Below the pieces are notes generated by a model. It was not told where the DNA came from, searched no databases, and was given only the letters and a program-made list of their open reading frames with translations. A DNA stretch of 63,982 bases, the filler included, from Olpidium bornovanus S191 (taxonomy: Eukaryota; Fungi; Olpidiomycota), in assembly GCA_017911155.1 (NCBI GenBank). It is 33 parts of 33 records of this genome, joined end to end, with 100 filler letters (N's around TTAATTAATTAA, not from the genome) between each part and the next. Parts side by side here need not be neighbours in the genome. Positions count along the whole stretch, not along the records: positions 47,944 to 50,870 come from JAEFCI010013409.1; positions 50,971 to 52,952 come from JAEFCI010011644.1; positions 53,053 to 54,282 come from JAEFCI010008715.1; positions 54,383 to 56,831 come from JAEFCI010000306.1; positions 56,932 to 57,968 come from JAEFCI010002763.1; positions 58,069 to 59,431 come from JAEFCI010006451.1; positions 59,532 to 61,148 come from JAEFCI010007753.1; 26 more parts are not named here. The stretch is one strand, 5' to 3'. The position numbers and the translations under genes are program-made. Below, piece by piece: positions 48,863-61,090 of this stretch (its first letter is position 1; every line of letters begins with the position of its first letter).

Positions 48863-50570
48863 ATGTCGAGCGTGATTTACCACGAAAAGGTGCGCGGGGC
48901 GGCACGCAAAGAACGGTGGACTTGGCAGGGTCAAATAGGGTGGTTTTTGCCCCCTCGCTGACCCTCCCCCCTTATACACGAACGCAATTCGCAGCAAGAA
49001 CCAGGTCTGTGCGGCCAGCACTGCGTGAACGCCCTCCTGCAGGGGCCGTACTACACACCAGGTGAGCCGGCGCGCCGTACGGAAGCTAACCGTGTGGATT
49101 TTTAATAGTTAAGTGCAAATAAACAGGGCTGACGGCTGGGGAGCATCGTCGCTGCCCTTTTTCCTTCAGACTCGCTGGCTTCGCTTGCCCAGGGGATCGA
49201 CGAGGCCGAGCGCGCGCTGCTGGACACCGATACGCTGAGGAACAATTTATTATCGAACAACATGAATGATGCGGGGTGCGTGATTGGAAGCCGTATTGAA
49301 AAAAGCGCCATAATCCGGTGTGTGCCACTTAATTCGTTCCATTTGTTTGAAGGTGGTTCTCGAGTCAGGTGCTGAGCAAGGCCCTGGAAGTATGGAGCCT
49401 AAAACTTGTAAGGGCTAGGATTGCCGGCGCGACCGGACATGTGCGGACGTTCTTGCTCGCGCTTGACTTCTATCATGACGACCGTGCGCGTTCCCACTCC
49501 CTCCTTCAACGCCCCCCCCCCCCCCCCCACCTCCCCCCAGATACCGTTCGGCTCACCGGAATGCGAGGCCGAGCGGGCTCATCCGGAGTAAGAGCCCCAG
49601 TGCGCCTGGCAGATGTGTGTTTTTGCCTTTGCCGCAGAGATTGGTCGATGTTCAAGACGTGCTGCCCCCCTTGTTTCTTGGATCAGCAGATTCTCACTGG
49701 CCGTTTCTGATCGCCCCGAATCACAGAAAAGAGTTGGGTTTCATACTTAACCTTGATTTGGTAAGGTGTAAAAGACTGCAAGGAAATTATATCTCGCTGA
49801 GGTTGAGATCCTCTCTGAGCCGCATTGTATTGTTTCATGCAGCACTGGTACACTCTCAGGCGCTTCGGCGATATCTGGATGGATTTGAATAGCTTTCTTA
49901 ATGCGCCGGTGCCTATTACGGCGACATACTTGGGCATGCTTTTACAAGAGGTGCGGAAGGAGTTGGATGCGAATATAGGAGCAATGATGGAACAGGGCGG
50001 CGAATGATGGAACAGGGCGGCGGGTTCACTTTTAGGAAGGGGACGTGGAAAATAGTTGGCTGACTTAATTGCTGATGCCGCACTGCTAAACGCAGCTTAT
50101 GAATCAAGGTAGAGTTAAGAACCCTCGTAATTTGCCGTCCTGGCCGCTGCTGCACACAAATTGTTATGCTAACATGCTCGGTGTCCCGCCTTCGTAAAAG
50201 GATATCAAATATTTTGGTAAGACGATTAAAGTTTGTTTTGCGTTCTCAGCGTTGCAATCGATCGATTTCGCCTGCGTGGTTGCCAACCATCTGATGTCCA
50301 CGACGCCGCTTTGGTAGCGTCAAAGGCGTCTTACCGGAATGCGACGCGGACGTCTTGGCGGCTTCCGGCCTCCTCGACATTCCCTCTCCCTCGACGCCTG
50401 CAATCGCCGCGGGTACAGCAGATGAATGTGACTGGGGTTTGGAGTTCGCGATAGCCCAAAGCTTGCAGGACATCCAATCTCCGATGCAGCCGCCGCGAGA
50501 CGTTGAAGAAATGGAATTGTCGCCGGAGGAGATGCGGAGACGGAGGCTCGAGAGGTTTTCCGTGGGCTGA
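48863..50570 (+). CDS. ATXN3: Ataxin-3 / Josephin-family deubiquitinase, multi-exon, apparently complete
   Basis: MSSVIYHEK|QEPGLCGQHCVNALLQGPYYT (catalytic Cys), NMNDAG.WFSSQVLSKAL, HWYTLRRFG...DLNS (His/Asn), UIM-like LEFAIAQSL, C-terminal EEMRRRRLERF. Confidence 0.92.
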
Positions 50571-50970
50571 AGGCACAATTTTCCGCGTTATTGCCCGGGA
50601 GGTTTCTTTTTGAGTTCCTCCTGTCACGCTGGCTACCCCGCTTAATCTTCCGCCCAATGGTGATGCTACTGAACGGTTGTGTCTTACAGCATATATGAGA
50701 TCTCATCCCTGGTTTGCAGGCTAGTTGTAGTACTATATAAAACAAACCAAGTGTAGCTCAATCCAGCAGCTACTATATCTCGAAAGGAAACAAGCAAGGT
50801 AACCGCCGAAGGCAAGACTGCCCAAATCCCCAGCCAATGGACAAGGGATTGGCGATTGGTTCGCATCAAGNNNNNNNNNNNNNNNNNNNNNNNNNNNNNN
50901 NNNNNNNNNNNNNNTTAATTAATTAANNNNNNNNNNNNNNNNNNNNNNNNNNNNNNNNNNNNNNNNNNNN

Positions 50971-51508
50971 CATGAATTCGCATCCCGCTTTTCCACAGAT
51001 ATAGCCTTAGCGCTCTGTCTTGGCCGTGATGTAATTTTTGATTATGTATACTGCCGGAAGAGACGCCCAGCATAGTGCAAATTGCTCTGCTGTCGGGGAC
51101 ATATCGATAGGCGGCTTGTGCAGTAAACCGCTGCATTGCCATTCTGCTAACCAACTGCTACAGGCATGCCAAAACCGATCTCTCCGTGCCGGGGAAAAGC
51201 AGCAGGTACTTAAATGTATCATATACTGCTGGCATCTCGGATATCCGGCGCAAATTGCCACCACGGGTATACACAACCAGGCTGCGCTGCATATTTTTTT
51301 CAGGATCATTCCCTTCAACGCTGACGGCAGCAATATGGGTGGATTTGTATACTCGGCGGTTCAGGTGTGGCCCTGTGTCAGCAACCAGCTGCCCGTTGCT
51401 CACATCCTGCAGCTCGGAAATTGATTGCAGTATCTTCATGAAATGATTGACCCTGTCGAGGACAGCACCGACTGCAGGCACTGTCTCCCGCGATAATTGG
51501 GGGAACAC
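50971..51508 (-). mobile_element. Degenerate Helitron Rep N-terminal region
   Basis: RSLVVYTRGGNLRRISEMPAVYDTFKYLLLFP corresponds to the Helitron RISELHP.YDPLQYPLLFP motif; in-frame stops follow. Confidence 0.75.
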
Positions 51509-52031
51509 ACTAGTGTGGTGTGCAACTCGTTGTCAGCGTCGTAGATGTACTACAGCCGGAGGGATTGCGGCCACCCTTCGTCTGAGAACCGGCTCCCGAC
51601 GGCATGGTACACCTGCTCCTGTGTCCGAAACGCGTATACTCACCCCACGGCCGTTAACCAGAGCTTCGTCAATCCTTGTATTTTTTTTTCCAAATTTTTT
51701 TTTGCGGGGGTCGGTCGGTCTGGGGAACAACCAGTTTTGGCCTGCCAGACGACCGCTGGTTGCATGGCGCAATAACCACGCAAAAGCGCGCGCCGCGCGG
51801 CCGCCAGGCTTCGAACGAAGGAGGCCCGCGGTGCCCGCGCGGGAGGGAAGCAGCGACGCGCGCGGCAGGCATAAGGCGGCCGGAACGACCGGCCTGGACC
51901 CGCCGGGCGTTCCTTCTTCCCTCGCGTGGCGCGTCACCTGCCTCCGTGTTCGCTACCCGCGGAAAACGTGCACGCGCACGCTCCCCCCCTTCTCCCCTCC
52001 CCCCACTCCCCCTTGTTAACGCACTTCGGGC

Positions 52032-52779
52032 ATGTCCTTAATGCTGGAGCCGTGGATACGGAGGATAGTGCTCGACGCGAAAGAGCTGCCGTTGTGCACG
52101 CACCCTGCAAGGCACGGGGGAGGGCGGGCGCAAATCATCCAGGTTTGTGCGCTTCGTGCCCGGGTCGGGCAGCCCGGGCTTCGCCTTCGTGCTGCGAGGA
52201 GAGGGCCCAAACTCCGTCCGCCGCCCCGACCGTTCCCACCGCACCACCTCCGCAAAAGGGTGCACGCTGAAGTTCCCGCTGTGCCCTGAACGCGCCGGTT
52301 ACGTGCCGAACACGGACGGCTTTCAGTTTCATACGTTCCGAGATGCCGAGCACCCCGAGCGTCCGATCAAGGCCACCATATCCGACAAGTATCACACCAT
52401 AACAGTCAACTTCGACGTCTCGGCGACCAACGATTTCGAGTGCGTTCGATGCGTTCCGTTGTTGTTTTTTTTTAATTTGTTTAAATAACTGCGTCGTCTT
52501 TTCACACCCGCTTATCGCAATCGGCGAAGCTTAACCAGACAACGACACTTCGTTCTTTAGAGCAAAGCAAGGAAGTCTGACATCGTTGAAGGGCCAGATA
52601 TTTATTATCCGTCGTTGCGAAATCCGTTCAATTCCCGACGGAGGAAGCTTATGCTTCCTCAACGTGCTCGCGTGGGATCTTGTTGGTGGCAGTCCCAATA
52701 GCGGAGCGATTGGCGAGCCAGTACCAATCGCATCGGACTCTCAGGTCACTGTGCACATGGTCAACCTGCTGAACCAAAG
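52032..52779 (+). CDS. TPP1/Tpz1/Est3-like telomere OB-fold protein, 5' part; exons 52032-52142, 52327-52439, 52561-52779
   Basis: LEPWIRRIVL, RAQIIQF, ATISDKYHTITVNF...FE, SLTSLKGQIFII, LVGG...IGEP; canonical splice sites keep the frame. Confidence 0.7.
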
Positions 52780-53052
52780 GTGAGGCGCGCGGTCCGATTC
52801 AAGTTTGTGTCGTCTGTCCGCACCTTTTCTGGCATGGAATCAACAGTGTGGCGGACTCTTTTGCCATCTGGACACGTTCCTATTTAACCGAGTGAAGCCG
52901 GCTTTCCATCGGTGCAGGGACGAGTTTCGGAAGACACGCCTTGCACAAAAAGNNNNNNNNNNNNNNNNNNNNNNNNNNNNNNNNNNNNNNNNNNNNTTAA
53001 TTAATTAANNNNNNNNNNNNNNNNNNNNNNNNNNNNNNNNNNNNNNNNNNNN

Positions 53053-53414
53053 AGGCGGAGAGAGGGGCGGGAGGAGCGGGAGGCTCTGAGGAGAACGTGT
53101 TATTTACGGACGGCGGAAGGAGACAGAAACAGAGTGACTTGCGGTGAAGAAAGAGAGAGTTGTTTCGCAGCTTAAGCGCGAAAACGCGGGGCGGGCGGGA
53201 CTGCACCGGGCAGCCGAAAGTATGGGAGAGGCGCAGGCGGAGAGAGGGGCGGGAGGAGCGGGAGGCTCTGAGGAGAACGTGTTATTTACGGACGGCGGAA
53301 GGAGACAGAAACAGAGTGACTTGCGGTGAAGAAAGAGAGTTGTTTCGCAGATTAAGCTCGAAAACGCGGGGCGGGCGGGACTGCACCGGGCAGCCGAAAG
53401 TATGGGAGAGGCGC
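53053..53414. repeat. Near-perfect ~180-bp tandem duplication
   Basis: 53053-53234 approximately equals 53235-53414. Confidence 0.9.
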
Positions 53415-53660
53415 AAAACCAAAAAAAAAAAAAAAAAAAAAAGGAGACCAGCAAAATCGGCGTTCGCGCGTTCGGCGGTCGCTTACATTGCATAGCAAAA
53501 AAAAAAAAAAAAAATCATAGCGAGGGAAAAAATGAACCGAGCAAACTTCGCGTGCCAAGAGTTTGCAGCTGGCGGGGCACGTGGCCGGAGCCGGGGGGTG
53601 ACGTTGTCGAGCGGGAAAACCTGCTCGGGCTTCCCCCCTTTCCCAAAGCGTCCGCGCGTT

Positions 53661-54282
53661 TCACGCGATCGCAGGTGGAAGGAGAAGAGACGGCGAGGAG
53701 GGCCCCGCAATCGACATTTCGAAGTCCTCCTCCTCCTCCTCCAGCTCCTCCCACCGACCGGGAACGCGCCTCGGCTTCCTCCTCCGCGGGGCGGCGACGA
53801 CGATGCCAACGTCCAGTTCGACTACCCGCGGCTTCCAGTCCGCCGCCGGGCTGTTAGGAGCCGGGGAGACTGGCGAAAAAAGCCTCCGAGCGAAGGTCAT
53901 CATCTCCGGCCCAGACAGAGTCCGGGCCCTCTTCAGCGCGCACGGGTTCCCGACGTTGCTGCTGCTTTTGCCGCTGCTGCTGATGTTCAGAGCGGAGCGC
54001 GGCGGCAGCGTGAGACGCCACCGTCTTTCCGGCTTCGTTCTAGGTGGTCCGGACGGGCACAAGGGCAAAGCCGCGACGGGCGATGCCGACGCTCCCCTCG
54101 TTGGCGGCGGGGTAGAAGGTGCGCACCAATCAGTCGCGCCCTTTGCCAGGCCGGCGTCGTCCATGGACAAAGACGACGAGGCGGGCGTCAGCACGGCATC
54201 CTCACCAAGGCATCCGGTTCGAGAAGAATTTGCCGAGAGGTCGGACGTTGACGACATCGTTGGAGACGGGGATTCCGTCAAT
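53661..54282 (-). CDS. Hypothetical Ser/Pro-rich protein fragment
   Basis: About 206 open codons from the contig edge; no domain recognised. Confidence 0.3.
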
Positions 54283-54695
54283 NNNNNNNNNNNNNNNNNN
54301 NNNNNNNNNNNNNNNNNNNNNNNNNNTTAATTAATTAANNNNNNNNNNNNNNNNNNNNNNNNNNNNNNNNNNNNNNNNNNNNAAAAAAACCAAAAAACCA
54401 AAAAAACCAAAAAAACCAAAAAAACGGATTGTGCGAAGAAAAGCGCCCCATACGGCGGCGCGAGAGGCAAACGTGGGATAATGAAAGCAAAAAACAAGCG
54501 AAAAAAAAGCGAAAAAGTGAGAAATATACGAAAGCCAACCAGCAGCAAACAGCAAACAAAAAACGAAAGGGGGCCAAAACGAAAATTGACAAGACGAAAC
54601 AGGAAAGGAAACAAAAAAGGAGGGAAAAAAGGGGGGGGGGGGGAAAGGAAAGGCTAAGGGCCCGGCGACCCGAGCCGTGCTCAGGGCACCGGGCC

Positions 54696-56831
54696 CTAAG
54701 CAATGACTTTCCAGATCTTGACGTTGCCGGGCGCCGCCGACGCCACGGACGCGACGACGATGGACGGCTCGCCGCCGGGCCCCGAGCCGTGGACTCTGGC
54801 TGAGTCCATGCCCGTGATGACCCCCTCGTGGCAATTGGACAGCCCGGCTTCGTCCCTGCGCACGTCCCGCCAGTCGTAAACTGTCTGGTATCCACCGAAG
54901 ATGATGCGGCTGTCCAGCCCGGACGCCTCCCCGACGAAAGTCACGCTGCCGACCTTGTCTGGCGAGTCGAAAGACGAAACCAGCGTCGCCCACTGGCCCG
55001 CGACAGCGGACGAATACGACGGCGGCGTTGTGCCGGAAGGAGAGGAGCGCGGCATCGCCCTCCAGACGCACACCTTGTCGTCGCTCGCAGTGACGACGTT
55101 CGCCCCGTCGGTGGACCACTCCACGGAATGGATGTTTTTCTGGTGAGGCGTCGACACGACGCTGAAGTCGCCGGACGCGTAGTCGACAAGGGCGAGATCG
55201 CTGCCGAAACAGACGGCCGCCCGGAAGCTATGCCGAGGATTGAACCTCACCGGGTTCATGGAATAAGACATGCACGGCTGCACAAAAAGAGGCACAAAAA
55301 AACCCCCATTTAGCGGGCCCAGCGTGCCGGCTTTTCCGAATTACGGTCTCATTCAGCATCACTTTCCCCCCTCTCCCAACAGTCTGACGCACGAGAACAA
55401 CACCGGAAACTTTCAATCGCGCGACATACCAGGCGGATCTCTTTTTCGACGACTCCGCTCCTGCAGTTCCAGTACTTGAGGCAACCCTCGCCGTCGACGC
55501 TGGCGACGAGCTCGGATCCTACCTCGCGGCAGAAATCGACCGCCGTGACGGTCTGCGAGTGCCCGGCGAAGACGTGAAGGGACGAGGTGACCTCGATCCC
55601 GTCCGGGCCAGCCGGAAGAGTGCCGGCGGCGTACCTGGCGAGAGCCTCGCCGACGTCCCAGACCCTCACGGTTTTGTCGTAAGAGGCCGAGGCGAGGAGG
55701 GACCGGTCGTCCGAACACCAGCGAACGCAATTGATCTGGGAGTCGTGCCCAACGAGGACAAACTTGGGCCCGGGCTTCGCGGCGGCGCTGCCGGCAGCAA
55801 CGTTCTCGGCGACCGACCACACGATGATTTTTCCGTCGACGCCCGCGGTGGCCAACCACGCCCCGTCGAACGAGAACGCGCACGAGCACACTTTGCCCTT
55901 GTGGCCCTCCAGGGTGACGGGGCACTCGATGCCGGCGTGCAAGGTCTGAAAATTTTGCGAGCCCTTGTCCGAGTGAATAGAGAACAGGTCGTTATCGCCG
56001 CAGTATCCTCCGAACATGTCGTTCAAGAAGTCAGAGTTCGACCCGGTCATGTACGGATCGGCGCAAGACAAGCCCTGAATCCGGCTTTCGTTGCTCAACG
56101 CGAAATCCGATTGCGGCGCCGCGACTTGCGCAAGCCCGGTCCCTCCGATGCGGAAAAGCTGATTGTCGCCAGCGGCGCTGGGGGGCGTCATGCTCGCAGC
56201 AGGATTAGCTTCACTCGACAAATTGGCAGGGAACCCGGAATGCACCAACTCTTGAAGATCGCCCGCCGAGTGCCGCTTGGGCTGGGCCGTCTTGATGTAG
56301 TCAAATTGATTCTGAGAATTTTCAAATTCCGGTGCTGACATCCGCCGCGTAGGGCAGTCACCGGAATCCGCGGGAGCCGCCAGACGCCGCGGTTGTGAAA
56401 CCCCCTTGCCCCGTTCGTTGATTCGCTGTCGTTTAGTCGGCGGCTGCTGTTGGGATCCCGGCTGCAGCGGAACCGGCTGTTGGGGCACCGGCTGTAATGT
56501 AACCGGCTGCTGGACAACCGGCCGTTGCGGAACTTGCTGTTGAGCAACCGGTTGTTCGGGAAGCGGCTGCTGGCATACGGGTTGTTCCGGGGCCAGATGC
56601 CGGGCGTCAAGTTGGTGAAGGACCTGCCGAGCGGAAGCCGGCTGCACGGAACCGCGCTGCGCCGGAAGCGCACATATTGCCGACTGATGACGGACGTCCA
56701 GATCGGCGTCCTCGTTTGAAACGACCTGCTGCAGCGCGGCCGCTGCCTGGGTCTTGGCAGCCTCTTCCCGCCGTATCTGACTGTACAGGGCCTGCTGGCG
56801 CGCGGCCGCCTCCGCACACTGCTGGAGCATG
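54696..56831 (-). CDS. LEUNIG-like (Gro/Tup1-type) Q-rich + 7 WD40 protein, 5' truncated; exons 56831-55430 and 55277-54696
   Basis: Q/P-rich region, then GHKGKVCSCAFSFDGAWLATAG, LLASASYDKTVRVWD, GHSQTVTAVDF, VRFNPR, HQKNIHSVEW, IIFGGYQ, HEGVITGM, VKIWK*. Confidence 0.8.
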
Positions 56832-58068
56832 NNNNNNNNNNNNNNNNNNNNNNNNNNNNNNNNNNNNNNNNNNNNTTAATTAATTAANNNNNNNNNNNNN
56901 NNNNNNNNNNNNNNNNNNNNNNNNNNNNNNNACGGCCTGACCAAGGCACTACCCCGGCCGCGCTTGGAAAGGCTCCGTTCTGAGATGGGAATGGTCGATA
57001 CGCTGCAAGCTGGATAAATGGAAGCGAGCGGAAGGCCCGTCAACGGCGCATGTGGTGCGTGCGGTCGTGTGCCGGCCATCCGCAACCGCCCGCGAACTGC
57101 CAACGTAAGAAGTCACGGCGAAGCAGCGTCCGCAACTACAACATCCCCAGCACCGGAAGATGACCAAAATCGACCCGGCGGCTCGTCTCACAGTCCCAGA
57201 CGGCGGCCCGTCGGGAGTTGCTGATACAAAAAGGAAGACAAATGTTCGCAAAGCACCCGTGCATGCGCGCATCGAAGTCAATAACAACCGCCTTTTGGGC
57301 ATAGGTAATTGCCAGCCGGCCCTCTTTCCCAGATAGTCGCATTCCCAAGATATTGGGCAATTGAATGGGGGAGGAAGGAGGGTGGGTTCGGCCGGCGTTT
57401 GCTGCTATACGAGTCCTCCCCATTCATAAATAAAGCGTTTTCTAAATGCCGCCAAGTTTGAATTCGGCCGATCTCCATTCCGGGCCACCTGTGCGAATCC
57501 TGTCTTCAAACTCAACGCGTAAAAGCATCCTGAAATGCGACCTCGTGTTCTGCACGCATTGTGCTCCAAATCCAGATCCTAAACCGACCTTGACATCTTC
57601 CTTCCGTCCGGCCGTCTCCGGCATCAGCCTGCAGCAAGTCCAAAGATGGCTTGCGATGGGCAGAGAGGGTCGCTTCGCGGCAACGTGTGCGTGTGAGACT
57701 CGAAGGAGCGGCGCGTTCTGCGCTCGGCGGGTGGAAAGTGACAGTTTGTTTACGTGGGCGTGGTTTTTTTTTTTCTGCCCCCGGAATTTTTTTTTTTGCG
57801 CTTGAGGCGCTGACCTGGACCCACCGCCGTCCTTCAGCGGGAAAGCAGCCGAGAAGGGCCCCCGCCCGCTCCCTCTCCCCGTCCGTAACGGAAGCCCGCC
57901 GCCGCGCTTTTCACCCCCCCCCCCCCCCAAAAAACACCCCCCCCCCCCCCCCCCCCCCCCCACGCAACNNNNNNNNNNNNNNNNNNNNNNNNNNNNNNNN
58001 NNNNNNNNNNNNTTAATTAATTAANNNNNNNNNNNNNNNNNNNNNNNNNNNNNNNNNNNNNNNNNNNN

Positions 58069-58109
<41 letters not shown>

Positions 58110-59337
58110 CGGGTCGGGTGCCCGGGCGAGGCGCATTCCCCGCAAACCCTTTCCCACCCAACCCAACCCAATCCAACCGACACAACTGCAACTTTACGCG
58201 GTACCACGGAGAGACCCGTACCCTATGTGAAGGAGTAAGCCGACTTCGCGGCGGACCCGAACCGCTGCGATTGAGGAAGAAAAAGAGTAGGGAAGCTGTG
58301 TTCACCTCCGACGGCGTCCAGCCGTCCCGCGTTCTCCGCTCAGCAGCTCAGCCGTCCACAGATGCTTGCGACCAGGCGGTGCTCAACTTTCTTCCTCCCA
58401 CTGCCACACTGAAGTGGTGTTGTTTCATCAAGGTGGAAATCACGAAACCGCCCGCGACGACCACCCGATGCCCAGACAACGTGCTCAGAAGAAACTCCTG
58501 GAAAGCTGCTGCAAATGTGTACAGCACCCCAGTCCTCCAACTCCCAGCTCTCTATCCGTTGCTTACTTGACGGGTGTGGAGCGATGGGAAGATTTCACAC
58601 CCTTTTCTGAGCTGGGGAAGATGATTCACCTGCCCCCTGAGGCAGAGAGTCCCTTTGTGTGTGTGGTGTATACAACTAGCTTGCTCTCCACGTAGTTGTG
58701 CCGCAACAGTAGACCATAACCTAACGGATTTCGGGAATTAGCATTCGACTAGGCCAAGAAGAAAAGCTTCTAGGAACCCGCTTCGGCGCCAGATGAACAG
58801 CGGAGCAGCGTGAAACACTGCCAGAGTGGGGGGTTTATGGCGCCTTTTTTTTTTTTTTTTTTTTTGGTGCTGCTCGAAAACGCTGAAAAAGGGACGCTGG
58901 AGAAACGACGACCTTTTGACACCGCGCCCACCGTGAAAGTCGCTCACCGCATTCAACGTTGACTTTTTGCCGTTTCAATGTTGAAACCGCCGCGCAGACC
59001 CTTCTTGGCTTCCTTGACAGACCAGAGAAAGGTGCGTGCGGCACACTGCCTTGAATTCCCACACATTGCGCGGATGCCATTTTGCGAATAAACTGTCGCC
59101 GTAATATAAACATCACTGGTTCAAATTTCTGATTCGGAGAAAAACTTTGCGGTTCAAAAAAAATCTCACGCTTGATGGGAAAATGCCAATACTCGAAATA
59201 TAAAATATAATTCAAATGGTAAACTACAGAATTGAACTGCCGACCATACCCCCTGACCGTAGCCGCCGACCCCAACCCCTAACCGGACCTCAACCACCGA
59301 TCTAACCGAAAGAACGTTCCGCCTCCCGGCCGGCAGG

Positions 59338-59372
<35 letters not shown>

Positions 59373-59540
59373 GCGGGTTTTCGCCAAGAAAAAACGGCGA
59401 GGATTTTTTTTTTTTCGCCGGGGGGGCCCCANNNNNNNNNNNNNNNNNNNNNNNNNNNNNNNNNNNNNNNNNNNNTTAATTAATTAANNNNNNNNNNNNN
59501 NNNNNNNNNNNNNNNNNNNNNNNNNNNNNNNAAAAGAGGG

Positions 59541-59593
<53 letters not shown>

Positions 59594-59830
59594 TCTTCCA
59601 CGGGCAACCCTGGCGCTATCTGAGAGTGAGGCGAAGCTCACCCGATGTGAAGCGAATAAAAAAAAAATTCGGACCGGAGCCTGGCACCCCGCACCAGCAA
59701 GAAAAAAGCGGAGCTGAGCAAAACCATAAAAAGAAAGAAGAAAAGAAAAAAAAACTTGCGACACAACACTCACTCTCCTCAAAAGAGAGAGCGAGAGAGA
59801 GCGAGAGGAGACGGAGCGAGAGGGATCCGC

Positions 59831-60010
59831 AGGGAGCGAGAGGGAGCGAGAGGGAGCGAGAGGGTGAGAGAGGGAGCGAGAGGGAGCGAGAGGGTGAGAG
59901 AGGGAGCGAGAGGGAGCGAGAGGGTGAGAGAGGGAGCGAGAGGGAGCGAGAGGGTGAGAGAGGGAGCAAGAGGGTGAGAGAGGGAGCGAGAGGGAGCGAG
60001 AGGGTGAGAG
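59831..60010. repeat. 10-bp purine minisatellite (AGGGAGCGAG / AGGGTGAGAG) with a ~30-bp higher-order pattern
   Basis: Seen directly, ~160 bp upstream of the reductase ATG. Confidence 0.9.
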
Positions 60011-60172
60011 AGCGAGCGTGCGAAGCAGAAACGCACTAGCAAACCGCTCGCTCTCTCTTTGCTCAGCCCCGCTTTCGCCCTGCGTACGTGCGTCAACTGT
60101 TTTGCGGTGTCCCCTCACCAAGGTTTTATCTGAATCTTGTTACGCCTGCAGACACCGCAGCGCTTCTCCACA

Positions 60173-61090
60173 ATGCCTGAACCGATAGAAGCCCAGCACA
60201 AGGGGGCGGGGTTCTTATCTTTCAATGGCGTCGATGTCGTCGTCGCGCTCGCGGTCGTGGGTTTTGCGGCCGCCTACTTCTACAAAGACGAACTGTCTGT
60301 CTGGATATCGTCACTGTCGAGTGGCCGCAGCATCTCAGCCGCTTCGCCCGTCAAAAGCAGTCCGGAGAAGACCAAAGAGGAGGAGAATAAAGCGGAGGAG
60401 GAGTGCAGCCGCGACATTGCGACGAGGATGAAAAAAGCGGTAGGGCAGAGAAAAAAAAATTTTAAAGGCAATACGCACTTTGCAATATCTGTTTCTAAGG
60501 CGTTCTGTTATGATATGTACAACAATTCCCACTTACGTCACGCAGGACAAGAACGCCGTTTTCTTTTATGGCTCCCAGACGGGCACCGCAGAGGATTTTG
60601 CCGGGCGACTGGCTAAGGAGGGAGCGACCAAGTACTCGCTCAAAACCATGACTGCAGACCTGGATCACTACGACATGTCGTTCCTCGACCAGATCCCGCC
60701 GGACAAGATCGCTTTCTTTGTGATGGCCACCTATGGCGAGGGGGAACCCACTGACAACGCTGCGGCCTTCTGGGAATTCCTCGTAAACACGGAGGAGCCG
60801 AAATTCTCACGGCACGGAGACCAAGGGGAGGACGCGGAAGGGAATCCTTTGAAGAACCTGCACTACGTCGTGTACGGTCTCGGGAACTCAACCTACGAGC
60901 ACTACAACGCTGTCGGGAAGAAAGTTGCTGCCCGCCTTTCCGAGCTGGGCGCGACGCGGGTCAGCTTGGATGGTTTTGGGAACGACGACGGGAACTTGGA
61001 GGACGAGTTCATGCAGTGGAAGGAGAACATGTGGCCCGATGTGGCCAAGTTTATGGGGGTCGCCGCGACGGAGAACGCGGACGACGCTCA
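60173..61090 (+). CDS. NCP1: NADPH-cytochrome P450 reductase, membrane anchor + FMN domain; exons 60173-60439 and 60546-61090, 3' truncated
   Basis: TM anchor; FFYGSQTGTAEDFAGRLAKE, ATYGEGEPTDNA, YVVYGLGNSTYEHYN, GNDDGNLEDEF. Confidence 0.95.

Noticed and set aside
56932-57968. Possible WD40 gene fragments on the minus strand
   Set aside because: Short interrupted ORFs with no clear WD signature; not supportable.
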